64,000 nt of DNA from Eubacteriales bacterium (GCA_045652425.1 JAZRUG010000015.1:1240-65239), one strand, 5' to 3'; counted from the stretch's first letter, positions 46,142 through 56,418 are shown. Translations and numbers: made by a program. Notes: generated by a model from the sequence alone, not told the origin.

Positions 46142-47347
46142 TTATGTTTTTTCCGCTGTTTCCTTAATTTCAGCGTCTTTTTTCTCTTCACTCGGTTCAA
46201 CGCTCGGTTCAGTTACCTGAACGCTGTTTTGGGGACTGTTCTTTCTTTCAATATCTTCTCTAATTATACGGTATACCGCCGAGAATAACGGAACGCCCAC
46301 AAGCATACCGACAACACCGTAGCAACCACCGCCAACCGTTACCGCAACAAGCACCCACAATCCCGGAAGTCCTATAGATGAACCAACTACTTTAGGATAA
46401 ATTATGTTACCTTCAAGCTGTTGCAAAATAAGTATGAACACTATAAACCAAAGCGCTTTTACGGGAGATACCGTAAGTATCATCAAAGCACCGGTTATTG
46501 CACCTATATACGCACCTGCAATAGGTATCAGTGCAGTTACTGCGATCAATGCGCCTATCATAGTTGCAAACGGGAAACCAAATACCAACATTCCCAGAGT
46601 ACAAAGTACACCTAAAATAACAGCTTCGGTTATCTGCCCTACGAAAAATTTGCTGAATGAATCGTTCAATATTTCTAAAAAGTAGAAAACTTTGCCATAT
46701 ACTTTTTCGGGAAAATAATTTTCAGCAAGTTTTCTGAATTGTCTTTTTAGTCTGTCTTTATCAAGAAGCAAATATATCGAGAAGATAAGACCGAGTACAC
46801 CTGTTATCACTCCCGAAACAATTCCGACAACGGTTTTTGCAACGGTATTTACAACGTCTCCTACACCGTTTGTTACAAGAGTTACAAACTGGCCTATCTT
46901 TGATTCCCAGTCTATTGCCGCCAAATACTCAATAACTTTGTCCGGTATAAAGTCCCAGTTCTGCGCTTTTTCAATAAATTCTTTCATAAGTGCAGGTACC
47001 CTTGATGCAAACGACAGCATAATTTGAATGCAAGATATGAGCTGTGGGACTATCAACCAAACTACTGCCGCCAACACAACTATTACCGTCAAAAAGGCAA
47101 AAACCATACACAATGGGCGCCTCATTTTTGAAATAGCTTTAGCATTTCTTTTCGGGAAAAAACACTTTTCATAACGCTTCATCAATATGTTGACTATATA
47201 AGCAATAATCCCACCTATAATCAGAGGGTTCATTGCGGCAATTACTACACCTAAAAAAGTGATAAAAGGCTGCCAATACAATATAGCCAAAAACAGACCG
47301 AATACGCATAAAGCTATTTTTAGCGCTTTTTTCCAATCAAATTTCAT
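46142..47347 (-). CDS. AI-2E family transporter (PerM/UPF0118)
   Basis: 401 aa, polytopic, with LIPIAGAYIG and QQLEGNIIYPKVVG motifs. Confidence 0.85.
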   Translation of the reverse strand: MKFDWKKALKIALCVFGLFLAILYWQPFITFLGVVIAAMNPLIIGGIIAYIVNILMKRYEKCFFPKRNAKAISKMRRPLCMVFAFLTVIVVLAAVVWLIVPQLISCIQIMLSFASRVPALMKEFIEKAQNWDFIPDKVIEYLAAIDWESKIGQFVTLVTNGVGDVVNTVAKTVVGIVSGVITGVLGLIFSIYLLLDKDRLKRQFRKLAENYFPEKVYGKVFYFLEILNDSFSKFFVGQITEAVILGVLCTLGMLVFGFPFATMIGALIAVTALIPIAGAYIGAITGALMILTVSPVKALWFIVFILILQQLEGNIIYPKVVGSSIGLPGLWVLVAVTVGGGCYGVVGMLVGVPLFSAVYRIIREDIERKNSPQNSVQVTEPSVEPSEEKKDAEIKETAEKT

Positions 47348-47436
47348 TTATTATAACTTCCTTTACATAATCAAATGTCATAACGTTTTGCCTAACAATT
47401 ATACCGCTGTTTTTACGTTTTTGCAACACAAAATTG

Positions 47437-47892
47437 TTATGAATTTTTTAATTTTTCAAATAGCGCGTAGCAACCTTTTAACACGTCGGACTCCGTAGCT
47501 TCAAAATTCCCCGTATACCAAGGATCAGCAACGTCGCGCGGTTCGTCCGTATAATCAAGTAAAAGAGAAATCTTGTTTTCGGTATCGTCGCCAAATATGC
47601 GCTTCATATTACGCAGGTTGTATGAATCCATACCAATTATAAGGTCATATTTTTTGTAATCGGAAGGGGTTATCTGCACCGCCCTCTTTTTTGAAAAGTC
47701 AACGTTATATTTTCGCAAAACCTGCCTTGTTCCGTAATGCACAGGATTGCCTATCTCTTCTGTAGAAGTAGCGGCGGATTCAATATAAAACTCTGAAGAT
47801 AATCCGGCATCGCTTACTATTTTTTTCATTATAAATTCTGCCATAGGACTTCTGCAAATATTGCCATGGCAGACAAATAAAATCTTGGTCAT
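47437..47892 (-). CDS. Low-molecular-weight protein-tyrosine phosphatase
   Basis: P-loop CHGNICRSP (CX5R-S) and DPWY general-acid loop. Confidence 0.88.
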   Translation of the reverse strand: MTKILFVCHGNICRSPMAEFIMKKIVSDAGLSSEFYIESAATSTEEIGNPVHYGTRQVLRKYNVDFSKKRAVQITPSDYKKYDLIIGMDSYNLRNMKRIFGDDTENKISLLLDYTDEPRDVADPWYTGNFEATESDVLKGCYALFEKLKNS

Positions 47893-47977
47893 TTTGTTTC
47901 ACCCCGAAGTAAGTATAACACATACGCTAAATAAGTGCAACAAAAAACAAAACAAATGAAAATAATAAAAAAAGTAC

Positions 47978-48006
47978 TTGACAATATTGCATTGTTTTGC
48001 TATAAT
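47978..48006 (+). promoter_or_regulatory. Consensus sigma-70 promoter for tRNA-Thr
   Basis: TTGACA (47978..47983), 17 nt, TATAAT (48001..48006). Confidence 0.8.
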
Positions 48007-48022
48007 GTTTTCTCGGTGGAAT

Positions 48023-48098
<76 letters not shown>

Positions 48099-48104
48099 AA
48101 AAAA

Positions 48105-48130
48105 GCCTGTTCAAATGAACAGGCTTTTTT
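48105..48130 (+). terminator. tRNA terminator
   Basis: gcctgttc-aaat-gaacaggc followed by TTTTTT. Confidence 0.8.
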
Positions 48131-48164
48131 CAACCAAATAATGCCGCTTGGGAGTTTATTTTTT

Positions 48165-48833
48165 ATGAGAAAGATTAGACTATTACTTTCGGGAAAAACA
48201 AGAATAGAATATTATATTGATGCCGTTGAACGTTTGGGAGCTGAAGCTATCTCTGACTACCCACCCACAATAGATACCCAATATGACGGACTTATACTGT
48301 GCGGCGGCAGCGACGTTAATCCAAAATATTATAATGAAGAAATAAACGGTTCAGTTAATATAGACAACGAGCGCGACGAGATTGAATTTGCACTCCTAAA
48401 GGCATATATTGACGCAGGAAAGCCCGTTTTTGGTATATGTCGTGGATTTCAGTTAATAAATATTTATTTCGGCGGTACACTTTATCAAGACATCAAAGAA
48501 GCTGATCTACATAAACGTATCAACAAAATAGACTCCGTTCACTCAATTACTGCCAATGAAAACAGTATAGTTGGTAGACTTTACGGTCAAAATGTTTCTA
48601 TCAACAGTGCGCATCACCAAGCACTTAAAGATTTAGGAAAAGGACTTCGCGCAACTGCATATTGGCAAGATAAATACATTGAAGCTATTGAACATACGGA
48701 ATTACCCATTTTTGCAGTTCAATGGCACCCTGAAAGAACTTGTTTCAGTATGGCGAGAAACGATACATGCGACGGCTCAAAACTGTTTGAATATTTTATT
48801 AAATTATGTGAAGAATATAGAGATAATAGGTAA
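48165..48833 (+). CDS. Class I glutamine amidotransferase, peptidase C26 family (second paralog)
   Basis: GICRGFQLIN, SAHHQA and VQWHPE. ATG at 48165 follows GGGAG. The longer ORF-track start overlaps the tRNA. Confidence 0.85.
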   Translation: MRKIRLLLSGKTRIEYYIDAVERLGAEAISDYPPTIDTQYDGLILCGGSDVNPKYYNEEINGSVNIDNERDEIEFALLKAYIDAGKPVFGICRGFQLINIYFGGTLYQDIKEADLHKRINKIDSVHSITANENSIVGRLYGQNVSINSAHHQALKDLGKGLRATAYWQDKYIEAIEHTELPIFAVQWHPERTCFSMARNDTCDGSKLFEYFIKLCEEYRDNR

Positions 48834-48843
48834 AACACAAAAT

Positions 48844-48879
48844 GCGGTATATGGCTAAAAAACCATATACCGCTTATTT
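48844..48879. terminator. Bidirectional terminator
   Basis: gcggtatatgg-N8-ccatataccgc flanked by A/T runs. Confidence 0.75.
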
Positions 48880-51543
48880 TTATTTCTTTTTAGATGTTTT
48901 AATATCTGCTTCGGTAGGCTTCGCTGTTTCTACAAAATGGTTACCGTAGTATGCATTAAGGTACATTTGCTTAATTTCGCTCATAAGGGGATAACGGGGA
49001 TTAGCACCTGTACACTGGTCATCGAACGCCTGTTCAACCATATCGTCAAGACGCTCAAGGAAGTCCTTTTCGTCGATACCGTAGTCCTTGATAGTCTTTT
49101 TAATACCAACGCGTTCCTTAAGTTCGTTAATAGCTTGAATAAGCTTTTCAAGCTTTTCTTCGTCGGTCTTACCGCCGAGATTGAGATAATCGGCAATCTC
49201 TGCATAACGAGCAAGTGTGTGAGGATGATCGTACTGCGAGAAAGTACCCATCTTTGCGGGCGCTTCAGCCGCATTAAAACGAAGCACTTCTTCAATCATA
49301 AGAGCATTAGCAACGCCGTGAGGTAAATGGTGGAATGCGCCGAGTTTATGAGCCATAGAGTGACATACACCGAGGAATGCATTGGCAAACGCCATACCTG
49401 CCATTGTTGCAGCATTAGCCATCTTTTCACGCGCTTCTACGTCGGTTTGACCATTGTCGTATGCACGGGGCAAATATTTGAAAATGTTCTTAAGAGCCTG
49501 AAGCGCAAGACCGTCGGTATAGTCTGTCGCAAGCATTGCTGCATAGGCCTCAACTGCATGGGTAACCGCGTCAATACCCGATGCGGCAGTAAGTCCTTTA
49601 GGCGCACTCATATGGAAGTCTGTATCAATAATCGCCATATCAGGAAGCAATTCATAGTCGGCAAGAGGATATTTTACCCCTGTCTTTTCGTCTGTTATAA
49701 CAGCAAACGGTGTAACCTCGGAACCTGTACCCGCAGAGGTAGGAATCGCGATAAAGTATGCCTTTTCACCCATCTTGGGGAAGGTATATACACGCTTACG
49801 TATATCAATAAAGCGCATCGCCATATCCATAAAGTCTGCCTCGGGATGCTCGTAGAGCACCCACATAATCTTTGCGGCATCCATTGCTGAACCGCCACCA
49901 AGGGCGATAATAGTATCGGGCGCAAACGCCGTCATCTGTTTAGCGCCCTCGGTAGCATTAGCGAGGGTGGGATCTGGCTGAACATTAAAGAACGTAGTAT
50001 GTGCAATACCCATTTCGTCAAGCTTATCAGTTATCGGTTTTGTGTAGCCATTCTGATAGAGAAACGTATCGGTTACTATAAACGCTTTTTTTGCACCGCG
50101 TACACTTCTGAGTTCATCGAGTGCTACAGGCAAACAACCTTTCTTTATGTATACCTTTTCAGGCGCACGGAACCAAAGCATATTTTCCCTTCTTTCAGCT
50201 ACTGTTTTAATATTTAAGAGGTGCTTTACACCTACGTTTTCAGATACGCTGTTGCCGCCCCATGAGCCGCACCCCAAGGTAAGCGACGGTGCAAGTTTAA
50301 AGTTATAGAGGTCTCCTATACCGCCGTGCGATGAGGGGGTATTTACGAGAACACGGCAAGTCTTCATACGGGCTGTGAACTCTGCAAGCTTTTCTTGCTC
50401 GGTCATTTCGTTAAGATATACACTTGATGTATGTCCGTATCCGCCGTCAGCCACAAGCTGTTCAGCCTTGTTAAGAGCATCGCCGAAATCCTTCGCCTTG
50501 TACATAGCAAGTACGGGACTGAGCTTTTCGTGAGCAAATTCTTCGGAAAGGTCTACACTTTCAACCTCACCTATAAGAATCTTTGTGCCTTCGGGAACGG
50601 TTATGTCGGCAAGTTCTGCGATTTTAGAAGCAGGCTGCCCTACTATCTTCGCATTAAGTGCGCCGTCTATTATAATCGTCTTGCGAACCTTTTCGGTTTC
50701 TTTGGGATTAAGGAAATAACAGCCGCGTTTAGCAAACTCTTTTTTCACTGCACCGTAAACGCTTTCAAGAACGATAACCGACTGCTCAGAAGCGCATATC
50801 ATACCGTTATCAAAAGTTTTCGAATGTATAATTGAGTTAACCGCCAAAAGAATATCGGCTGAATCATCTATTATAGCGGGTGTGTTCCCTGCGCCAACAC
50901 CAAGGGCGGGCTTACCGCTGGAATATGCCGCCTTAACCATACCGGGACCGCCCGTAGCCAATATTATGTCTGCATCTTTCATAACCGTGTTGGTTAACTC
51001 CAACGACGGAACGTCTATCCACGCAATAATTTCTTCGGGTGCACCTGCCGCAACAGCTGCTTCAAGAACTAACTTTGCAGCCGCAATAGTGCTGTTCTTC
51101 GCTCTAGGGTGAGGACTAATGATGATTGCATTGCGGGTTTTGAGAGCAATAAGACACTTAAAAATTGCGGTTGAGGTAGGATTAGTAGTAGGAATAACCG
51201 CTGCGATAACACCTAAAGGTTCTGCTATTTTCTTGACTCCGTAAGCTTTATCTTCTTCAATTACGCCACAAGTCTTGGTGTTTTTATAGGCGTTATAAAT
51301 ATATTCGGAAGCGTAGTTGTTTTTGATAACCTTGTCTTCTACGACTCCCATTCCTGTTTCTTCAACTGCCATTTTAGCGAGGGGAATTCTGGCTTTATTT
51401 GCCGCTGACGCTGCTGCAAGAAAAATCTTATCTACCTGTTCCTGGGTAAAAGTAGAAAACTTTTTCTGCGCTTCTCTTGTGCGCGCAATCGCTTCTTCCA
51501 GTTTTTCCACGCTATCTACTAAAGTATAGTTCTTTGTTTTCAT
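48880..51543 (-). CDS. adhE: Bifunctional acetaldehyde-CoA / alcohol dehydrogenase
   Basis: N-terminal ALDH domain (catalytic Cys in FDNGMICASEQ) and C-terminal Fe-ADH domain (GGGSAMDAAK, HSMAHKLG). ATG at 51543 follows GGAGG. Confidence 0.95.
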   Translation of the reverse strand: MKTKNYTLVDSVEKLEEAIARTREAQKKFSTFTQEQVDKIFLAAASAANKARIPLAKMAVEETGMGVVEDKVIKNNYASEYIYNAYKNTKTCGVIEEDKAYGVKKIAEPLGVIAAVIPTTNPTSTAIFKCLIALKTRNAIIISPHPRAKNSTIAAAKLVLEAAVAAGAPEEIIAWIDVPSLELTNTVMKDADIILATGGPGMVKAAYSSGKPALGVGAGNTPAIIDDSADILLAVNSIIHSKTFDNGMICASEQSVIVLESVYGAVKKEFAKRGCYFLNPKETEKVRKTIIIDGALNAKIVGQPASKIAELADITVPEGTKILIGEVESVDLSEEFAHEKLSPVLAMYKAKDFGDALNKAEQLVADGGYGHTSSVYLNEMTEQEKLAEFTARMKTCRVLVNTPSSHGGIGDLYNFKLAPSLTLGCGSWGGNSVSENVGVKHLLNIKTVAERRENMLWFRAPEKVYIKKGCLPVALDELRSVRGAKKAFIVTDTFLYQNGYTKPITDKLDEMGIAHTTFFNVQPDPTLANATEGAKQMTAFAPDTIIALGGGSAMDAAKIMWVLYEHPEADFMDMAMRFIDIRKRVYTFPKMGEKAYFIAIPTSAGTGSEVTPFAVITDEKTGVKYPLADYELLPDMAIIDTDFHMSAPKGLTAASGIDAVTHAVEAYAAMLATDYTDGLALQALKNIFKYLPRAYDNGQTDVEAREKMANAATMAGMAFANAFLGVCHSMAHKLGAFHHLPHGVANALMIEEVLRFNAAEAPAKMGTFSQYDHPHTLARYAEIADYLNLGGKTDEEKLEKLIQAINELKERVGIKKTIKDYGIDEKDFLERLDDMVEQAFDDQCTGANPRYPLMSEIKQMYLNAYYGNHFVETAKPTEADIKTSKKK

Positions 51544-51611
51544 TTTTATTTCCTCCAAACAAAAACTGTAACCTTATTTTAATAACTTCTTCCCCATTTG
51601 ACAATTCTTAA

Positions 51612-51633
51612 TTGTGATAATCGATATTATCAA
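51612..51633. promoter_or_regulatory. Rex-box-like palindrome in the adhE upstream region
   Basis: TTGTGATAAT-CGAT-ATTATCAA (TGATAAT/ATTATCA arms), 69 nt upstream of the adhE start. Confidence 0.3.
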
Positions 51634-51952
51634 TATTGATAAGGGGTGTAGCGAAACAAATCCACGCTCTTAATATTAAGAAAATGGGATAAATAGTATA
51701 TTTATATGTATGTTATCAATATTATATTTATGGATATTTAAACAGTTTTTCCATTATCTTATGTTTGGGAAAATATTTTCAAGAAACTTGTTTTTTTAAA
51801 ATAATAGAATCTTTTTCTTGCTATATTGGTATACAAAACACTAAAACTGACAAAAAGTAGTTATTGAAGCAGAAGTATGCGACTATACATCTGCGGGAAA
51901 TGAATAACTATCCAACAGCAAATATTTCTGTATGTATTTTTAATAAGAAAAG

Positions 51953-51988
51953 GCGGTTATAAATGCAACAAGTTTGCTTTATAACCGC
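51953..51988 (-). terminator. Terminator of the YgjP-like gene
   Basis: gcggttataaa-N14-tttataaccgc. The minus strand has a T-rich tail. Confidence 0.6.
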
Positions 51989-51991
51989 TGT

Positions 51992-52663
51992 TTATTTCAA
52001 AATATTATATATATTCCAGTAGTCAGGACAAATTTTCAATAACAACTCGTAAAACTCATTTCCATGCCCTTTTACTTTAAGGTGTGCAAGTTCGTGATAT
52101 ACCACAGCTTCAACACACTCAAGTGGCTTTTCCATTAACCATACAGAAATCCATACTCTTTTTTCTTTTGTGTTACAGCTTCCGTAGCGTGTTGTCATAT
52201 CTCTTACGCGCCACTCGTTAGCATAAAGCCCCGATTGTTTCTGACACTTTGCAAAAATATCGGGTAAAATTTCATTCATAGCATCTCTGTAAAACCCAAC
52301 TAACGCTTTCCGTCTTGATTCAGGCGTACTGTTTTCACCTATGCATATAACAAGTTCGTTTCCTTTAAAATAATAGCCCCCATTTCTTGCAGTATCGGTA
52401 TGCAAAACACTTTTTCTGCCCAGCAAAAAGAATTCTTCCCCCTCGTCAAAAGTTCTTTTTTGCTTTTGCTTACTTTGCGCTCTGCCTATCGCCGACTTTA
52501 TCCATTTTTGTTTTGAAAAAACAAAGCTTTCCACCGCAGAATCTGACAGAAACATAGGGGCAGAAACAACAATTTCTCCGCGTTTATTAATACGGAGATA
52601 CATATTCTTTATTCTCTTTTTTACTACCTTGACTTCAATACCGTCAAAAGTCAGCTTGTCCAT
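51992..52663 (-). CDS. YgjP/DUF45-type M48-like zinc metallopeptidase
   Basis: HELAHL motif. Start at MDKL (52663) follows GGAGA. The ORF-track N-terminal extension runs into rnpB. Confidence 0.8.
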   Translation of the reverse strand: MDKLTFDGIEVKVVKKRIKNMYLRINKRGEIVVSAPMFLSDSAVESFVFSKQKWIKSAIGRAQSKQKQKRTFDEGEEFFLLGRKSVLHTDTARNGGYYFKGNELVICIGENSTPESRRKALVGFYRDAMNEILPDIFAKCQKQSGLYANEWRVRDMTTRYGSCNTKEKRVWISVWLMEKPLECVEAVVYHELAHLKVKGHGNEFYELLLKICPDYWNIYNILK

Positions 52664-52678
52664 TTTTCTTTCTCCAAC

Positions 52679-52707
52679 TTGACAAAAAATAATAAAATAA
52701 ATATAAT
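52679..52707 (+). promoter_or_regulatory. Consensus promoter of rnpB
   Basis: TTGACA (52679..52684), 17 nt, TATAAT (52702..52707). Confidence 0.75.
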
Positions 52708-52712
52708 ATATA

Positions 52713-53185
52713 CCGTACCAGACCGCGCGTTCGCGTGATATTATGCCGAAAGGTCGTATCGCGAGGAAAGTCCGGGCTTCATAGGGCAGGATAACGGATA
52801 ACGTCCGCCGGAGGCAACTCCCGGGAGAGTGCAACAGAGATATACCGCCTATACTATTTGCGGATGGCTTCGCCATACCGAGTAAAGATGGTTAGGCTGT
52901 TTTTTCAAAACAGCCTATACCGCTAATATTTTGTACGTATAGGTAAGGGTGGAAAGGCGAGGTAAGAGCTCACCTTGCTCTATGGTAACATAGAGGAAAT
53001 GTAAACCCTATCCGAAGCAACACCGTATAAGAGTATTGCAGAAATGCAAGCGGCTGCCCGTCGTTTACTCTTGGGTGGCGCGGGTTTTTACCCGAAGCTT
53101 GTCGGTAACGCCAAGCGAAGATAGATGAACGCGGTTAAGCTTTATGCTTTTCACAGAACCCGGCTTACAAGTCTGATATAACCAT
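52713..53185 (+). ncRNA. rnpB: RNase P RNA, bacterial type A
   Basis: GAGGAAAGTCCGGGCTTCATAGGGCAGG, GGTAAGGGTGGAAAGGCGAGGTAAGAGCTCACC and ACAGAACCCGGCTTA. Ends are approximate, within about 10 nt. Confidence 0.92.
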
Positions 53186-53195
53186 TTTAAGACAA

Positions 53196-53230
53196 AAACC
53201 CTTTTTAACCAAAAGGGTTTTTGTTATTTT
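53196..53230 (+). terminator. rnpB terminator
   Basis: aaaccctttt-taacc-aaaagggttt followed by TTGTTATTTT. Confidence 0.8.
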
Positions 53231-53253
53231 AGTATAATTTAGTTATGGCTCCG

Positions 53254-53314
53254 CCCTAAAACCCACCAAAGATGCTTTTTGAAAAAAACTCCTTTGGAAC
53301 CCGCAAAAACTTTT
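53254..53314 (-). repeat. Repeat family 3, copy b
   Basis: Its reverse complement aligns with 45346..45405. Confidence 0.7.
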
Positions 53315-53370
53315 GTACTTACATTAGTTAGTGCAAACATAAAGTGTAGCACTATCCCCTTTTTAAAAGG

Positions 53371-53408
53371 TTCTTTGCCTACTTTCTTCCTTAAAGAAAG
53401 TAGGTTTC
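53371..53408. repeat. ACTTTCTT-N6-AAGAAAGT hairpin module (family 4 fragment)
   Basis: ctttgcctactttcttccttaaagaaagtagg matches the inner ends of the 60194..60350 and 60458..60624 elements. Confidence 0.6.
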
Positions 53409-53828
53409 TTAAGGCCTATTACTATCCATATAATTCTGCAAAATAATCTGTGCTGAAAGGGTATCAACAACGCCCTTTCTTTTTTTGCCTCTTGTGTTCG
53501 TCTCATTCAAAAACTGATGCGCCGCCATAGTAGTGCATCTTTCATCAAACAGCACAACGGGCAGACCTGTTTTCTCTTTCAGTCTTTCCGCCAGTTTTGC
53601 AACCTTTTCGGCTTTCGGTCCCAGTGTTCCATTCATATTAACGGGATATCCCATAACAATTTTTTCCACCGAAAGCTCAACCGCCTTTTCGGCAATCTTG
53701 TTTATAAGTCTGTTTATATCACGTTCTTCTATATTTCCGATACCATTCGCAAGAAAACCTAACGCATCGCTTACAGCCACACCCGTTCTTGCTTCACCGT
53801 AATCTATTCCGAGAATTTTTCCAGCCAT
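53409..53828 (-). CDS. ruvX: Holliday-junction resolvase-like nuclease RuvX/YqgF
   Basis: ILGIDYGEARTGVAVSD, DERCTT and AAHQFL motifs. ATG at 53828. Confidence 0.9.
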   Translation of the reverse strand: MAGKILGIDYGEARTGVAVSDALGFLANGIGNIEERDINRLINKIAEKAVELSVEKIVMGYPVNMNGTLGPKAEKVAKLAERLKEKTGLPVVLFDERCTTMAAHQFLNETNTRGKKRKGVVDTLSAQIILQNYMDSNRP

Positions 53829-53842
53829 ACAAAATCTCTCTT

Positions 53843-54799
53843 TCAGTTTAATTTCATACACTCGATAACGCCTTCAATAACGCTCTCGCACCAAACGTGT
53901 ATATCCTCAAACACTTCTTCTTTATTCGTTTCGTTTACAAGTTCATGTCTCGCGCCTTCATAAAGTTTAAACGTAAGATTGTTTATTTCTGCATCAACAA
54001 GGCTTTCGTAAACTTCGGTAACCCCCTTGCCCTTTCCGCCTATAGGATCATCGCTACCGCTTATTATAAATATAGGCAGACTTTTAGGCACATCTTCCGC
54101 CCACTCGGGATACGACACGTTATCATACAAACGAAGCAAGTCGTTAAAGCCTCTTGAAGTAAAAGTAAAATCGCACAGTTCGTCTTTGTCGTTTTCAATA
54201 CCTACGTTCGTATCACGCGATATCCATGCTCTTGGCGTTTTCTCCTCAAACTCCATATCAAAAACTTTCATTATCGCTTCTTTTAATGATTCTTGTCTTG
54301 ACCTGCCGCCCTTAAATCTTGCAGTAAACTCGGTCAAAGCTATTCCCTGCTTCAATGGATATTTTCCGCCGACAGTTCCCGAAATAATAGCGCCGTCAAT
54401 ATCCGTACCGTGGTCAACTATATAATCGCGGAGAACAAGACTTCCCATACTGTGTCCAAACATAATATAGGGCAATCTTCTGTATTTTTCGCGCATTATA
54501 AGTCTTAATTCCTCGGTATCCTTGCTGAAAAAGTCATAACCCTTTTTAGCGCCGAAATAGCCTAAATCCTCTTTAGTCTTCGCGCTTTTTCCGTGTCCGC
54601 GCATATCAAATCCGCACACAACTATTCCCTTTTCGCAAAGATATTCTGCAAAATGCTCGTATCTTTCCATATATTCACACATCCCGTGAATAATCTGAAA
54701 AACAGCCTTTGGCGTTTCATCGGGGGTATAAACGTAATAAACTATTTCCGTCTCCTTGTCGGGAGAAAGAAAACTCTTTTGTTCCTTTGTATAAGCCAT
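53843..54799 (-). CDS. Alpha/beta hydrolase (lysophospholipase / monoacylglycerol lipase-like)
   Basis: HGMCEY, GHGKS and nucleophile elbow GHSMGS. Confidence 0.85.
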   Translation of the reverse strand: MAYTKEQKSFLSPDKETEIVYYVYTPDETPKAVFQIIHGMCEYMERYEHFAEYLCEKGIVVCGFDMRGHGKSAKTKEDLGYFGAKKGYDFFSKDTEELRLIMREKYRRLPYIMFGHSMGSLVLRDYIVDHGTDIDGAIISGTVGGKYPLKQGIALTEFTARFKGGRSRQESLKEAIMKVFDMEFEEKTPRAWISRDTNVGIENDKDELCDFTFTSRGFNDLLRLYDNVSYPEWAEDVPKSLPIFIISGSDDPIGGKGKGVTEVYESLVDAEINNLTFKLYEGARHELVNETNKEEVFEDIHVWCESVIEGVIECMKLN

Positions 54800-54847
54800 T
54801 ACAAAAACCTTTCGTATAAGAAATATGAATTTCAGAAACCAACATAT

Positions 54848-56239
54848 CTAAATAAAGTTGTTTTTTGATAAACGCTTTTCAACCATTCCCGCAACCATAA
54901 TTAAGACAGATACCAATACGCCCGCAAAAAGCGGATCAAATGGTAAAATTCCCCACAAGTTAAACACCAGTACTATCAGTGGTCCGAAAACAATCGAAAG
55001 CTGTGCATATTTACTTGGAACACGTCCCGATAAAAAGAGTGCAAAACACAGCGGAGCAAAAACAGTCGCACCACGTAATCCCATCGACATAAATGAGAAG
55101 TTCAGTATTGTGTCCCCCAACGGTCCCATAGATAAAACACACGCCAACAATAAAACCAAAATCACAAGATTTTTTTCCGTCACTTTTTGGTATAATTTTT
55201 CTTTAACAATGTTTTTCATTATCGGTAAGATATCTTTCTTTATAACAATCGCAATTCCCAACGCCAGTCCTGCGCCTGTGCCCACCACTGCAATAAACAA
55301 CGCTCCGAGTACTATCCCCCCAAACAGAGGTGGCATATATTGTATTATAAAATATGTCAATGCGGTTTTTGAAACAATTCCGGGATGCATCGCTCTCATA
55401 TAAAGTCCGACTAATATCCCTCCGATCCCTATAGGCGGAATAAACACCGCACTAATAAGAGCGCCGTTAACCGCTTGTTTTTCGCTTTGCGCCATAAATA
55501 TTGCCTGAGCATAACTTTGCGTGGTAATAACACCAAGTATAAGCGAAAGACACGCGCCTAAATCTTTTCCAATGCCACGCGCAAAAAGACTGTAAAAATT
55601 AACATTATCGTAATTCTCAATTTTACTTATACTCTCTAAAAAGGGGGATACCCCTCCGCAAAGGTATAAAACCAAAATGCCTGCTGTTACCATACTGACG
55701 TAGAGCAAAAACATTTTTAAAATTCCTACAAATCCGCTTCCTTTTACACCGCCGAAAATAATATACAATATCATAATAATTGCAGAAAAAATCAATGCAA
55801 ATTCCAAAGATACTTTTGGAAAAATAACCGAAATAATTGCCGTAGCGGCTATTAACTGAGAAATAATATTTATAAAGCTTCCCAGGGAAGAAAACGCTGA
55901 CGCAAGTACACCGACTTTCGTTCCGTATTCTTTTGTAATAAACCCCATCAAGGTTGTATGTCTGCTCAAGCAGAAAGGTTTTGCATATACCAAAGCCAAA
56001 ATAAAACAGGCAATTCCTCCGCCTAAAGTAAACCACCACGCGCTCATTCCATATTGGTAGGCAAGCTGTGCTGTGCCAATAGTTGACGACCCTCCGACAA
56101 GTGTCCCCATAATTGCGCCTGCCACCAAAAAAGAATTAGCCCCTTTTTTGTTCTTTGCCATTTTTCCCGATAAGACACTTACTGCAATGAGAATAACAAT
56201 TGTAAGTGCGATACCGATACCTAAGTACGTTTTACTCAT
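54848..56239 (-). CDS. Sodium:solute symporter family transporter
   Basis: 463 aa with about 13 TMs. SSS-like N-terminus (SFLVAG...GGSSTIG.AQLAY). Confidence 0.75.
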   Translation of the reverse strand: MSKTYLGIGIALTIVILIAVSVLSGKMAKNKKGANSFLVAGAIMGTLVGGSSTIGTAQLAYQYGMSAWWFTLGGGIACFILALVYAKPFCLSRHTTLMGFITKEYGTKVGVLASAFSSLGSFINIISQLIAATAIISVIFPKVSLEFALIFSAIIMILYIIFGGVKGSGFVGILKMFLLYVSMVTAGILVLYLCGGVSPFLESISKIENYDNVNFYSLFARGIGKDLGACLSLILGVITTQSYAQAIFMAQSEKQAVNGALISAVFIPPIGIGGILVGLYMRAMHPGIVSKTALTYFIIQYMPPLFGGIVLGALFIAVVGTGAGLALGIAIVIKKDILPIMKNIVKEKLYQKVTEKNLVILVLLLACVLSMGPLGDTILNFSFMSMGLRGATVFAPLCFALFLSGRVPSKYAQLSIVFGPLIVLVFNLWGILPFDPLFAGVLVSVLIMVAGMVEKRLSKNNFI

Positions 56240-56418
56240 TATAGCAAATGCCCCTCCATAAAATTGAAATAATATTGTTTCATATCAAAAAACGACAAAT
56301 TATCCATGTTTAACAACTAATTGAGATAGTTATGTTATATTCTTTCATTCTGCGCTGATCAATATGCTTACTAACATATATTTAGGGGCGGCACAAATCT
56401 CGCGCCGCCCAAAAAATC

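Noticed and set aside
52664-52876. N-terminal 71-aa extension of the YgjP-like ORF
   Set aside because: It overlaps the rnpB promoter and the conserved RNase P P4 region. A good RBS precedes the internal ATG at 52663.
56384-56410. GC-rich hairpin ggggcggc...gccgccc as terminator of the PfkB kinase gene
   Set aside because: On the minus strand the T-run precedes rather than follows the stem, and on the plus strand an A-run follows it. That is not a canonical intrinsic terminator in either direction.
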